A stretch of DNA of 57,573 bases from an uncultured Eubacteriales bacterium (lineage in GTDB: Bacteria; Bacillota; Clostridia; Oscillospirales; Acutalibacteraceae): positions 1 through 57,573 of the forward strand of contig CAYJEZ010000002.1 in NCBI GenBank assembly GCA_964369215.1. Reading direction: 5' to 3'. Below are positions 18,215 through 27,684 of the stretch, in pieces. The first letter of the stretch is position 1. Each line of letters begins with the position of its first letter. Under the pieces are notes generated by a model, which had not been told where the DNA came from, did no database searches, and saw only the letters and a program-made list of their open reading frames with translations. Position numbers and translations under genes: made by a program.

Positions 18215-19046
18215 AAAGAACAAAGTAAAAAAAGGTGTACTTTACGTTGTTGGCACGCCTATAGGTAATTTATCTGACTTTTCTCCTAGAGCAATAGATA
18301 TTTTAAGTGAGGTTGATTTTATTGCAGCCGAAGATACAAGAGTAAGCGCAAAGTTGCTTTTTCATTTTGACATAAAAAAACCTCTAGTTAGTTATTTCGA
18401 ACATAACAAAACTCAAAAGGGAGAGTATATATGCAAAAGATTATTAGACGGTGAAAATTGTGCATTAATATCTGACGCTGGTATGCCTGCAATATCTGAC
18501 CCTGGCGAACTTTTAGTTTCTCAATGTATTGAAAATAATATTGAGGTACTCGTAGTGCCCGGCCCTAGTGCTGTGGTAAGTGCTTTAGCTTTGTCGGGCT
18601 TATCTACAGGTAGATTTACTTTTGAGGGCTTTTTAAGTACAAATAAAAGAAACAGAAAATCTCATTTAGAAGAAATAATAAACGAGCGAAGAACTATGGT
18701 TTTTTACGAAGCTCCGCACAAACTGCTCTCTACTCTTGAAGATTTATATAAATATTTAGGGGAAAGAAAAATAGCTGTTGCTAAAGAACTAACAAAGCTA
18801 CATGAAAAAGTTTTAAGACTAAATTTAAGCGAAGCGGTAGCCTATTTCACCGCGAACACACCTAAGGGTGAATATGTTCTTGTAATTTCTGGTGCAGAAC
18901 ATATAGACAAGGAATACACTTTAGAAGATGCTATACAAATAGCTTTAAATGAGGTCAGTTCAGGTAAATCAAATAACGAGGCTGCAAAAATTGCAGCAAA
19001 TAAAACAAATTTAAAAAAGAGCGACATTTACAAACAACTAATATAG
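18207..19046 (+). CDS. rsmI: 16S rRNA (cytidine1402-2'-O)-methyltransferase
   Basis: The motifs are LYVVGTPIGNLSDFSPRA, AAEDTR and ISDAGMPAISDPG. The start at ATG 18207 follows AAGGAAG and overlaps the upstream stop by 8 nt. Confidence 0.9.
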   Translation: MNEKNKVKKGVLYVVGTPIGNLSDFSPRAIDILSEVDFIAAEDTRVSAKLLFHFDIKKPLVSYFEHNKTQKGEYICKRLLDGENCALISDAGMPAISDPGELLVSQCIENNIEVLVVPGPSAVVSALALSGLSTGRFTFEGFLSTNKRNRKSHLEEIINERRTMVFYEAPHKLLSTLEDLYKYLGERKIAVAKELTKLHEKVLRLNLSEAVAYFTANTPKGEYVLVISGAEHIDKEYTLEDAIQIALNEVSSGKSNNEAAKIAANKTNLKKSDIYKQLI

Positions 19047-19081
19047 CTAATTAACTATATTAGTCAGAAAGGTAATAAAAA

Positions 19082-19666
19082 ATGAGCCATTATTTTATTG
19101 AAGACAAAAACTTAAAAGATGATATTAAAATAATTGACTATTACTTTGGTTCACATAAATTTTCTTTTACTAGCAATTCCGGCTTGTTCTCAAAAGATAA
19201 CATTGACTATGCTACAGACTTACTTTTGCACACTATTCCCTCACTAAAAGGAACTCTTTTAGATTTAGGCTGTGGTTACGGCTGTATTGGAATAATTTTG
19301 TCAAAGATTAACAATATAACTCTAACTCAAACAGATATCAACCAGACTGCTTTAGATTATACTCGCATTAATTGTGAGAAAAACCATATTATATCTAGTA
19401 TTATTCATTCTGATTGTTTTGATAGTATAACCAACTCTTTCGACACAATTACTCTTAACCCGCCGATTCATGCAGGTAAAGACATTACATATAAAATGTA
19501 TGAACAAGCGTATGAACACCTTAACAATAACGGCAAAATTTATATTGTTACCCTTAAAAAGCATGGTGCTGAAAGCACTAAGAAGAAGCTTGTTTCTATA
19601 TTTAATAATTGTGAAACTCTTTACAAAAAAAAGGGCTATTATGTTTTTTGTTGCACAAAGAACTGA
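19082..19666 (+). CDS. class I SAM-dependent methyltransferase, MTS domain (RsmC/RlmG-like)
   Basis: The SAM motif LDLGCGYGCIG and the catalytic motif NPPIHAG are present. Confidence 0.7.
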   Translation: MSHYFIEDKNLKDDIKIIDYYFGSHKFSFTSNSGLFSKDNIDYATDLLLHTIPSLKGTLLDLGCGYGCIGIILSKINNITLTQTDINQTALDYTRINCEKNHIISSIIHSDCFDSITNSFDTITLNPPIHAGKDITYKMYEQAYEHLNNNGKIYIVTLKKHGAESTKKKLVSIFNNCETLYKKKGYYVFCCTKN

Positions 19667-19723
19667 GCAAGAGTATTTTTAGTATATTTATTTCATTATT
19701 TAACTCTTTATTCTACAAAAGTA

Positions 19724-19752
19724 TTGACAAATTGATAAAAATAATGTAATGT
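19724..19752 (+). promoter_or_regulatory. sigma-A type promoter for the cmk-like gene
   Basis: TTGACA-17 nt-TAATGT. Confidence 0.5.
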
Positions 19753-19844
19753 TTAACTATAGATTAGCAATAGTTAATAATATTGTACAGTTTTTTATAA
19801 TTATTTTATCTTATATCACTAATATCGAGAGGATGGTTAAATTT

Positions 19845-20453
19845 ATGTTGCCTGTAATTACAATATCAAGACAATTTGGAAGCGGAGGAAAGCGCATTGC
19901 TGTAGCTATGTCTGAAAAGCTTGGAATAAAGTATTACGACAAAGAGCTTATTGCTATGGCCGCAAAAGAAAGCGGACTTAGTGAGGAAGTTTTCTCTAAA
20001 GCAGATGAAAAAGCGAGCAACAGCTTGCTTTATTCAATGGTAATGGGAAATTATCCTTTTGGGCGTATGCCTACAAACAGTGACATGCCAATTAATGATA
20101 AGCTTTTTATGCTACAGTCTGAGATTATAAAAGAAGCTGCGGCTCAAGAGCCTTGTATCATAGTAGGTAGATGCGGTGATTATATACTTAGAGAGCACCC
20201 AAGAGTGATGAAAGTTTTCATTCATTCTGTGAAAGAAGATCGTATGGCTTGGGCTGTGTCTGAGAAATTATGTGACGAGCGAAAAGCGTCTGACTTTATA
20301 ACTAAAATGGACAAGCAACGTTCTAATTACCATAACTTCTATAGCAATAAACGTTGGGAAGATATGGTAAATTATGATTTAACTATAAATAGTTCTACTT
20401 ATAGCATCGAAACTGCATCCGACATCATTATTGCAGCAGCAAAACTTTTTTAA
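19845..20453 (+). CDS. cytidylate kinase-like family protein
   Basis: The N-terminus ITISRQFGSGGKRIA is typical of this family. The start at ATG 19845 follows a GAGAGGA SD. The track ORF's 32-aa N-terminal extension is AT-rich leader sequence. Confidence 0.7.
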   Translation: MLPVITISRQFGSGGKRIAVAMSEKLGIKYYDKELIAMAAKESGLSEEVFSKADEKASNSLLYSMVMGNYPFGRMPTNSDMPINDKLFMLQSEIIKEAAAQEPCIIVGRCGDYILREHPRVMKVFIHSVKEDRMAWAVSEKLCDERKASDFITKMDKQRSNYHNFYSNKRWEDMVNYDLTINSSTYSIETASDIIIAAAKLF

Positions 20454-20474
20454 ACATCTTTTTTCTATAATACT

Positions 20475-20511
20475 AAATGCCCAATTTGCAACTTATGCAA
20501 ATTGGGCATTT
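20475..20511. terminator. bidirectional terminator between the convergent cmk-like gene and pgsA
   Basis: AAATGCCCAATTTGCA-actta-TGCAAATTGGGCATTT, a perfect 16-bp stem. Confidence 0.88.
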
Positions 20512-20519
20512 AGTATTAC

Positions 20520-21104
20520 TTATTTCATTTGTTTAATTGCGTCAATGTTATCTCGTACGTAAACAGCCCCAGAGAGTACAGCAAAAAATGTTGCAACTCC
20601 CATAAACAACTCTCCTATAATAAAGAAAGCCACACTTAAATCTGGTATTGCTATCAGACCCATAACGCCTAGCTCTGCAATGTACTGCAAAACCATAACA
20701 ACAATAATTGCTATTATTTGAGTAACTGTTTTAATTTTGCCTAAATTATTTGCCGCTATTACTGTACCTTTTCCTGCCGCAACCAAACGCACAGAGGTAA
20801 TAGCGAACTCGCGAAACATTATAATAGTTACAAGCCATACATCTGTATAACCAAGGGCTACAAAACAAATAAGAGCTGCCATAACCATTATTTTATCTGC
20901 AAGTGGATCCATAAATTTTCCGAAATCTGTTATCAAGTTGTCTCTTCTTGCAATTTTTCCGTCTAAATAATCTGTATAAGATGCAATCGCAAATACTAAT
21001 AGTGCTAATAAATGCCTGTGAGGAATGAAATCTAGTACCAAAAAAATCATAAAGAACGGTACTAAAATTACTCTTAACACTGTAAGTTTGTTAGGTAAAT
21101 TCAT
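20520..21104 (-). CDS. pgsA: CDP-diacylglycerol--glycerol-3-phosphate 3-phosphatidyltransferase
   Basis: The N-terminus is MNLPNKLTVLRV, and the CDP-alcohol phosphatidyltransferase motif reads DYLDGKIARRDNLITDFGKFMDPLADK. The start could be 21104 or 21116. Confidence 0.85.
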   Translation of the reverse strand: MNLPNKLTVLRVILVPFFMIFLVLDFIPHRHLLALLVFAIASYTDYLDGKIARRDNLITDFGKFMDPLADKIMVMAALICFVALGYTDVWLVTIIMFREFAITSVRLVAAGKGTVIAANNLGKIKTVTQIIAIIVVMVLQYIAELGVMGLIAIPDLSVAFFIIGELFMGVATFFAVLSGAVYVRDNIDAIKQMK

Positions 21105-21136
21105 TTTTATACCCATACCTTTCTATTATTGATACT

Positions 21137-22471
21137 TTATACAATTTCGCCTGTTAAATCAGCATCCATAGCTTCATCTATTCTAACTTTAACAAATGTG
21201 CCCATAACTGGTTTTTCTTCAGCCATAAAGAAAACTTTTCCGTCAATGTCAGGAGCGTCCATGCTAGACCTTCCAAACATGCACTCGGCATATCTGTCAA
21301 AACCCTCTACTAATACCTCAAGTGTTTCTCCTATTTTATTTTCACCTAAGTCTTGCATAATTCTCATTTGCAAATCAGTAAGTATTTCAGCCCTGTGTAG
21401 CTTTACTTCTTCTTCAATTTGATTTTCCATAGTTGCCGCTTTAGTATCTTCCTCTGCAGAGTATGCAAAGCAACCCATTTTATCAAACCTAGTCTCTTTT
21501 ACAAACTCACAAAGCTCGCTAAACTCTTCTTCTGTCTCTCCAGGAAAGCCTACAATAAAAGTGGTTCTTAGCGTAATGTTTGGCATTTTTTCTCTAAGTT
21601 TTTTAATTAAATTTGTAAGGCTCTCTTTGCTTCCTCTCCTATTCATCTCTTTTAGCACACGCTCATTAGCATGTTGCAGTGGAATATCTATGTACTTAAC
21701 TATTTTCTCTTCGCTGGCCATAACGTCTATAAGCTCGTCTGTAACAGAATCTGGGTATGCATAAAGAAGTCTTATCCATTTAAGTTTCTCTATTTTACAT
21801 AGCTCTTTTAATAATTCAGCTAACTTGTACTTTCCATATAAATCTATACCATAGCGTGTAGTGTCTTGAGCAATTAAAATAAGCTCTTTTGCTCCACCCT
21901 CTACTAATAGTTTTGCCTCTTCTATTATCTCATTCATTTCGCGGCTTCTGTACTTGCCTCTAATAAGTGGAATAGCACAGAATGTACAGCGATTATCGCA
22001 ACCGTCTGCAATTTTTAAGTAGGCAAAATAGCTAGGGGTGCTAAGCTCTCGCTCTCCACTAAGTGGCATGTTATATTTATCCGGAAAAGCCTGAATAGTC
22101 TCGCCTTTCATCATATCTTTTAAAAGCTTAGAAATCTCGGCATTTGCACCTAAGCCTATAACTGCGTCCGCCTCTGGAATAGATTTCATTATCTCTTCTT
22201 TATATCTCTCTGCTAAGCAACCAGTTACAACTATTTTTTTAATTCTTCCCTCTTTTTTTAGCTGACATAGTTCTAAAATCTCTTCAATAGATTCACGTTT
22301 TGCACTCTCTATAAATCCGCATGTGTTAATAATTGCAATGTCACACACTCCAACATCATTACTTAGTGTAAATCCGTCTTTCTTAAGGGCTGCCATTAAA
22401 ACCTCTCCATCTACTTGGTTTTTTACGCAACCTAAACTTATCATACCTACTCTTGGCATTAAATTAACCAT
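21137..22471 (-). CDS. rimO: ribosomal protein S12 methylthiotransferase
   Basis: The MTTase N-domain reads ISLGCVKNQVD. The radical-SAM motif is CDNRCTFCAIP. The C-terminus is a TRAM domain. Adjacency to pgsA is the conserved arrangement. Confidence 0.85.
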   Translation of the reverse strand: MVNLMPRVGMISLGCVKNQVDGEVLMAALKKDGFTLSNDVGVCDIAIINTCGFIESAKRESIEEILELCQLKKEGRIKKIVVTGCLAERYKEEIMKSIPEADAVIGLGANAEISKLLKDMMKGETIQAFPDKYNMPLSGERELSTPSYFAYLKIADGCDNRCTFCAIPLIRGKYRSREMNEIIEEAKLLVEGGAKELILIAQDTTRYGIDLYGKYKLAELLKELCKIEKLKWIRLLYAYPDSVTDELIDVMASEEKIVKYIDIPLQHANERVLKEMNRRGSKESLTNLIKKLREKMPNITLRTTFIVGFPGETEEEFSELCEFVKETRFDKMGCFAYSAEEDTKAATMENQIEEEVKLHRAEILTDLQMRIMQDLGENKIGETLEVLVEGFDRYAECMFGRSSMDAPDIDGKVFFMAEEKPVMGTFVKVRIDEAMDADLTGEIV

Positions 22472-22521
22472 TCCTTTCCTGTTTGAAAATTTATTTTCAA
22501 AATGCTATCTTCTTTTCAAAA

Positions 22522-22890
22522 TCACTTTACAGGTTTCTCTGAATAAAGTTTTTTGTTTTGAGAATCATAGTCTCTTTTTACATTATAATTAAATTTATCT
22601 ACATACGCTTTCGATATTTCCTCAGGCTTTATATCAAAGCATACTAAAATATCATTATAATACATTAAAACATCTGCAAGCTCAGTGCAAAAATTCGCCC
22701 TTACATTTTCGTCTTCCATTATAGCTGTTTCACCTTTTTTCTTTAAAATAGCTATAACTTCGCCAATTTCCTCTACCATATAAAGCACATGATTTTTAGC
22801 TATTCTAGGCTCTAAGCGAGACCAATGTTTATGTACCTCGTGCAAATCTTTTTGCATTTGTATCATATCCGTAAAATTTATTTCACTCAT
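22522..22890 (-). CDS. MazG-like nucleotide pyrophosphohydrolase domain protein
   Basis: The MazG metal-binding motifs are present: EExGE (MVEEIGEV) and ELADVLMY. Confidence 0.7.
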   Translation of the reverse strand: MSEINFTDMIQMQKDLHEVHKHWSRLEPRIAKNHVLYMVEEIGEVIAILKKKGETAIMEDENVRANFCTELADVLMYYNDILVCFDIKPEEISKAYVDKFNYNVKRDYDSQNKKLYSEKPVK

Positions 22891-22923
22891 TTTCTATTCA
22901 ACCCTCTCCAAATAGTTTGAAAG

Positions 22924-23535
22924 CTAATCCTCAAACTGCTCTTCAAACTTCATCACCTTATTTATATCGCTATATCTATACCCTCTTCTTTGCAAAAAGG
23001 CAATGGCTCTTCTTTTAACTTTTTCATCATCTTGCCAATTAGAGTATTTTCTCTCAAGAATAATTTTTATATCCTCATCATTATCTTCAATAGTCTCCAA
23101 TACATTGTCTATAATTTCTTTATCAATGCCTTTGCGGTAAAGCTCGGTTTTAATTCGAACTTTACCGTATTTTTTAAGATTAATTAAATCTGCAGTATAA
23201 ACATTGGCGTAATCTGCGTCATTTAAAAGGCCTAGTCGCTCCATATTATCTACAGTGCTTTTACAAAGCTCTCTGTCGTAATGAAGCGAGGCGAGTTTAT
23301 TCTCTAAGTCACGCTTAGTATATCTTTTTCTCTCTAAATAATAAAGAGCACTTTGCTTACATCTTTTCTCAGATGAATTATAAATAAGCTCTTTTAACTC
23401 TTCATCATCAATAATGCTGCCCTCTTTATATGGACTTAAAAGAAAAACCTCTTTGTCAATATCTACAGCTGGCTCACCGTCAATATAAAGTTTAATGAGC
23501 GATTTTTTAATAGTTTGACATCTTGTAATTGTCAT
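22924..23535 (-). CDS. recX: recombination regulator RecX
   Basis: The gene sits immediately downstream of recA with a TAATG overlap. It has RecX-like helical repeats (ALYYLERKRYTKRDLENKL, AIAFLQRRGYRYSDI). Confidence 0.8.
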   Translation of the reverse strand: MTITRCQTIKKSLIKLYIDGEPAVDIDKEVFLLSPYKEGSIIDDEELKELIYNSSEKRCKQSALYYLERKRYTKRDLENKLASLHYDRELCKSTVDNMERLGLLNDADYANVYTADLINLKKYGKVRIKTELYRKGIDKEIIDNVLETIEDNDEDIKIILERKYSNWQDDEKVKRRAIAFLQRRGYRYSDINKVMKFEEQFED

Positions 23536-24671
23536 TAGTCTTCAACCGTAATGTCAATATCTGCCTTAACAACAGCCTTAGATTTCGGAGCTTCTGCAAC
23601 CTCTACCTTTACAGCGGCAGGTTTTGCAGGAGTATTTTTGCCAAACAGTTTTTCTCTGTTCTCTTTTAGCTTATCTTCAATCTCTTTTGCAATATCAGGA
23701 TTATCCAAAATAAATTGTTTCGCATTGTCTCTACCTTGGCCTAACCTTACGCCGTTGTAGCTAAACCATGCTCCGCCTTTTTGTACAATCTCAAGAGATA
23801 CAGCCATGTCTAAAATCTCTCCCTCTCGAGAAATTCCTCGCCCGTACATAATATCAAACTCTGCCTCTTTAAATGGAGGAGCAATTTTGTTTTTAACAAC
23901 CTTAGCCCTAGTTCTTGAACCGATAACGTCTGTACCAGATTTAAGCGTCTCAATCTTTCTAATATCAAGTCTAACAGAGGCATAAAACTTCATAGCACGT
24001 CCACCAGGTGTAACCTCTGGGTTTCCGTACATAACTCCAACTTTCTCTCTTAACTGGTTGATAAAAATAGCAACACAGTTAGACTTTGAAATAACACCGG
24101 CCAATTTTCTTAAAGCTTGAGACATAAGCCTTGCTTGAAGTCCAACGTGGCTATCGCCCATCTCTCCCTCTATCTCTGCTCTAGGAACAAGCGCAGCTAT
24201 AGAGTCTACAACAATAACATCAATCGCACCAGAGCGAACTAATGCCTCTGTAATCTCTAAAGCTTGCTCACCTGTGTCTGGCTGTGCTACTAGTAAAGAA
24301 TCAACATCTACACCCAAAGCAGATGCATACACTGGGTCTAAGGCATGCTCAACGTCAATAAAAGCAGCGTTTCCACCTGCTTTTTGTCCCTCTGCAACAC
24401 AGTGAAGAGCAAGAGTTGTTTTACCTGAAGACTCTGGCCCGTACACCTCTATAATTCTACCTCTTGGCAAGCCACCTATTCCAAGTGCCATGTCAAGAGA
24501 TACAGAACCTGTAGAAACAGCCTCTACATTAAGTGTGCTGTTTTGTCCAAGCCTCATTACAGCGCCCTCACCGTATTGTTTCTTTATATGATCAAGTGCA
24601 GTCTCTAAAGCTGCTGCTTTATCTGTTGGTTTTCCGACTGTTTTGGTAAGACCTTTTTTCTTATCCGCCAT
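23535..24671 (-). CDS. recA: recombinase RecA
   Basis: Canonical RecA sequence: Walker [13 protein letters not shown], plus [10 protein letters not shown] and [38 protein letters not shown]. Confidence 0.97.
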   Translation of the reverse strand: MADKKKGLTKTVGKPTDKAAALETALDHIKKQYGEGAVMRLGQNSTLNVEAVSTGSVSLDMALGIGGLPRGRIIEVYGPESSGKTTLALHCVAEGQKAGGNAAFIDVEHALDPVYASALGVDVDSLLVAQPDTGEQALEITEALVRSGAIDVIVVDSIAALVPRAEIEGEMGDSHVGLQARLMSQALRKLAGVISKSNCVAIFINQLREKVGVMYGNPEVTPGGRAMKFYASVRLDIRKIETLKSGTDVIGSRTRAKVVKNKIAPPFKEAEFDIMYGRGISREGEILDMAVSLEIVQKGGAWFSYNGVRLGQGRDNAKQFILDNPDIAKEIEDKLKENREKLFGKNTPAKPAAVKVEVAEAPKSKAVVKADIDITVED

Positions 24672-24746
24672 TATTATATCGTCCTTTCTTGTGCAAATCT
24701 TAATTTTTATAAAGCATAAATAAAAACATACTACATATTTTCAGCC

Positions 24747-24760
24747 TAAACAAATGTTTA
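24747..24760. promoter_or_regulatory. candidate LexA (SOS/Cheo-like) box upstream of recA
   Basis: The palindrome TAAACAAATGTTTA (AAAC-N4-GTTT) lies 76-89 nt upstream of the recA ATG. It has the AAC-N4-GTT core of the Firmicutes GAAC-N4-GTTC box. Confidence 0.4.
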
Positions 24761-24856
24761 TTTTACTCTATAAAATGATTCACATTATCCCCTATTTATT
24801 AATTATATTCTACCATAAAATAGTTTTTATTAAAAGAGTTTTATTGTAAATAATTT

Positions 24857-24884
24857 TAACTGCCCAATAAAAAGGACAGTTAAT
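24857..24884 (-). terminator. terminator hairpin at the 3' end of the CDF transporter gene
   Basis: On the minus strand: TTAACTGTCC-tttttatt-GGGCAGTTAA followed by AATTATTT. It overlaps the stop codon. Confidence 0.55.
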
Positions 24885-26043
24885 TACCTCTATCTATAAT
24901 TACAATAGCACTATAGCTTTTATCAAGAGCAGACACAATTTTAGAAATAGACAAACTGATGTCTTTATCTGACTTTTTAAAAGAGAATGGTACATTTACA
25001 TCAAACAAAACCTTAGTTTCTTCACTTCCCCACACAACCCTAAAGTCGTGCAAGCTAAGCTCTGGAAATGTAGCACTTAAAAGCAGCTCTATTTTTTCTT
25101 TTAGCTCATTCGTCTTCTTGTCACCAGTTATAATAGGGTCTGTATGCACAACAAGATGAACACCCAGCTCTTCAAGAAAATCTCTCTCAATTTCATCTAC
25201 AATATCATGTGCTGCCATAACGTCTTTGCTTGCACAAATTTCACAATCTACAGTTACGTAAGACTTACCCCCACCGTAGCTGTGTATCATTAAGTCATGA
25301 ACGCCCAGCACTCCGTCGTAAGAGAGTATTTTATCTTTTATATTTTTAGAGAACTCCTCGTCCGGTGCTTCTCCTAAAAGTGGCGCACTAGTCTCAATAA
25401 TTAACTTAACTCCAGAATAAACAATAAACAAAGCAACTGCAATCCCCATATATCCGTCTAAATTAATATTTGCATACTGAGACACTAATGCTGCTATTAA
25501 CACTGCCGTTGTAGATATTGCGTCATTCAGGCTATCAAATGAAGTAGCCGTTATTGTTTGAGAACTTATTAGCCTACCTATTTTTTTGTTAAAAGCATAT
25601 TGCCAAATCTTAATTATTATTGATACAACTAAAGCAATATAAACTGCCGTTCCAAAGTCTGGTTGGATAGGGCTGCTTATTTTCTCTATTGAAGTTACTC
25701 CTAATTGCCAGCCAATAAGTAGAATAATAAAAGATATTATAATACCTGTAATATATTCTATTCTAGCGTGACCAAAAGGGTGCTCTTCGTCGGCTGGTTT
25801 ACCAGCTAGTTTAAAACCTATGAGCGTTATTAAAGATGAAGCCCCGTCGGACAAATTATTAATCGCATCTGCAACAACCGACACAGAAGAAAATATCATG
25901 CCTACACTAAATTTTATGGCAAAAAGAATTATATTGCTAATAATTCCAACAGTGCCTGCAAGCTTTCCGTAAGCTCCACGCACTTTACTGTTTTTATAGT
26001 CTTCATTATTTTTTATAAAAGATTTTACTAATAAATTTGTCAA
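24880..26043 (-). CDS. cation diffusion facilitator family transporter
   Basis: Six TM segments carry a CDF signature (VVADAINNLSDGASS, HARIEY), followed by a C-terminal cytoplasmic domain. The start is a TTG that follows an AGGAGG SD. Confidence 0.85.
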   Translation of the reverse strand: MTNLLVKSFIKNNEDYKNSKVRGAYGKLAGTVGIISNIILFAIKFSVGMIFSSVSVVADAINNLSDGASSLITLIGFKLAGKPADEEHPFGHARIEYITGIIISFIILLIGWQLGVTSIEKISSPIQPDFGTAVYIALVVSIIIKIWQYAFNKKIGRLISSQTITATSFDSLNDAISTTAVLIAALVSQYANINLDGYMGIAVALFIVYSGVKLIIETSAPLLGEAPDEEFSKNIKDKILSYDGVLGVHDLMIHSYGGGKSYVTVDCEICASKDVMAAHDIVDEIERDFLEELGVHLVVHTDPIITGDKKTNELKEKIELLLSATFPELSLHDFRVVWGSEETKVLFDVNVPFSFKKSDKDISLSISKIVSALDKSYSAIVIIDRGN

Positions 26044-26079
26044 GTTTTCCTCCTATTCCCAGTTTTATTAATTTATTTA

Positions 26080-26523
26080 TCAATCGCCCTCATTACCAAG
26101 ATAAGCGTTGTAAGGCATCTTCTCATAATATTTTTTAATATCAGTTCTGAGCTTAGTTTGGTAAAGGTCAATTTTATTAAGCTCGTCAATCTTTACCCAT
26201 TCAATCCCTATTTGGGCAGAGTCTCCTTGAAAGTCTACACTCTCTGCACCCTCTACCAATTCGCATAAAAACACAAAATCTACTCTATGAAAAGTCTCGT
26301 CGCGTGTTCCCTCTGCTACAAAAATTAAGTCTTTACATTCTACTTTTAAGCCAACTTCTTCTAAAACCTCTCTGCAAACTGTATCTTTTAATAACTCGTC
26401 TGTTTCTTGACCTCCACCAGGTAATACATAATATTCATATTCGCCATCTCTAATTTTTATTAATAGTACCTTTTTATCTTTAATAATCAACGCTTTTGCT
26501 GAGTTACGTATTCTTCTATCCAT
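26080..26523 (-). CDS. NUDIX hydrolase
   Basis: Nudix box GGGQETDELLKDTVCREVLEEVG. The start is ATG 26523, after an AAAGGG SD. Confidence 0.8.
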   Translation of the reverse strand: MDRRIRNSAKALIIKDKKVLLIKIRDGEYEYYVLPGGGQETDELLKDTVCREVLEEVGLKVECKDLIFVAEGTRDETFHRVDFVFLCELVEGAESVDFQGDSAQIGIEWVKIDELNKIDLYQTKLRTDIKKYYEKMPYNAYLGNEGD

Positions 26524-26553
26524 TTTATTTATACCCTTTCTGTAGTAAAAAAA

Positions 26554-26630
26554 CTTATAAAACACTACAGAAATAAAGCGAAGAAGCTAAACTATGCGGT
26601 TTTCGGCTTTATTTGTTTTAGTTTTTAGGG
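26554..26630 (-). repeat. intergenic hairpin repeat, copy D
   Basis: On the minus strand it reads CCCTAAAAACTAAAACAAATAAAGCCGAAAACCGCATAG...CTTCTTCGCTTTATTTCTGTAGTGTTTTATAAG. It is close to copy C along its full length. Confidence 0.8.
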
Positions 26631-26666
26631 TTTGTTTACTATCTATATTATACACCAATATTACAT

Positions 26667-26725
26667 AAAAAACTACACCAATAATAAGCATAAAATAAAT
26701 ACCTAAGGCTATTGGTGTAGTTTTA
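26667..26725 (-). terminator. terminator after the hydro-lyase beta subunit gene
   Basis: ACTACACCAATA (26672-26683) pairs with TATTGGTGTAGT (26710-26721). The stem is a perfect 12 bp flanked by A and T runs, with a 26-nt loop. Confidence 0.65.
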
Positions 26726-26752
26726 AGTACTACATCTTATTAAAATAAAACA

Positions 26753-27280
26753 TTAAAGCACAACGCTCTTCCCTGTACTATCTATTCCCACAATTAAAGG
26801 AAAATCTTTAAACTGAAGCCTCTTTACAGACTCACAACCTAAGTCGTGGTAATCAATTACCTCGCAACTTGTAATACACTTAGCAGCAAGAGCTCCAGCT
26901 CCACCTATTGCGCATAAATAAACCGCCTTGTTTCTTACCATTGCATCAATAACCTCTTGGCTTCTCTTACCCTTGCCAATCATACATTTTAAACCTAAAT
27001 CTAAAAATTTAGGCGTAAAAGCATCCATACGAACGCTAGTAGTAGGCCCACAAGAGCCTATTGGCAAACCTTTAGGAGTAGGCGTAGGGCCAGCATAATA
27101 TATGCAAGCGTCTTTTAAATCATAAGGTATACTATCGCCTCTGCTTAAAGCTTCATCTATTCTTTTATGCGCTGCGTCTCTTGAAGTATATACAACACCA
27201 GACAAAAGTACTCTATCACCAGCTTTTAGTGAATGAGCAATTTTTTCAATATCTTCTGTATTAAATGCAATCTCAGCCAT
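26753..27280 (-). CDS. Fe-S type hydro-lyase beta subunit (fumarate hydratase class I / tartrate dehydratase C-terminal domain)
   Basis: The motifs are LSGVVYTSRDAAHKR, YYAGPTP, GPTTSVRMD, IGKGKRS and AIGGAGAL. Confidence 0.8.
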   Translation of the reverse strand: MAEIAFNTEDIEKIAHSLKAGDRVLLSGVVYTSRDAAHKRIDEALSRGDSIPYDLKDACIYYAGPTPTPKGLPIGSCGPTTSVRMDAFTPKFLDLGLKCMIGKGKRSQEVIDAMVRNKAVYLCAIGGAGALAAKCITSCEVIDYHDLGCESVKRLQFKDFPLIVGIDSTGKSVVL

Positions 27281-27684
27281 TAGTATACTTTAAACATCTC
27301 TAAATGCTCGCCTACAGGTCCTCTAAAGAAAGCTATTCTTACAGGCATTGGATTTGCTCCGTTAGCATCAAGTGATATATCTTTAGGCTCCATAGTAACC
27401 TCGTAACCTGCATTTCTTACTATCTCTACCATACCATCTACATCGTCACAACAAAATGCAAGATGAACTAAAGCACCGTCACCTAGGTTGTCCGTCGCGC
27501 CTGTGTTCATAATCTCCATAACTGTGTTGTCTCCACAGCTTAAAAGAGCAAATTTTCTCTCGCCGTCTACCCAAGCTCTTACTTCTGCAAAGCCTAATAG
27601 ATCTTTGTAAAAGCTAACTGTTTTCTCATAGTTTGCATTTGTTGGTGTTAGCGCAATATGATGCACTCCAGTAATTTTTGGCAT
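27280..27684 (-). CDS. VOC (glyoxalase/bleomycin-resistance/dioxygenase) family protein
   Basis: The N-terminus ITGVHHIAL and the beta-alpha-beta-beta-beta module pattern fit the family. The start at ATG 27684 follows AAAGGAG. The stop overlaps the downstream start (TAATG). Confidence 0.75.
   Translation of the reverse strand: MPKITGVHHIALTPTNANYEKTVSFYKDLLGFAEVRAWVDGERKFALLSCGDNTVMEIMNTGATDNLGDGALVHLAFCCDDVDGMVEIVRNAGYEVTMEPKDISLDANGANPMPVRIAFFRGPVGEHLEMFKVY

Noticed and set aside
23538-23645. RecA carries an unusually long Lys/Ala/Val-rich C-terminal tail (...[34 protein letters not shown]).
   Set aside because: RecA C-terminal tails vary between lineages. Only the last few residues are acidic, as is usual, and without comparative data this is not clearly anomalous.
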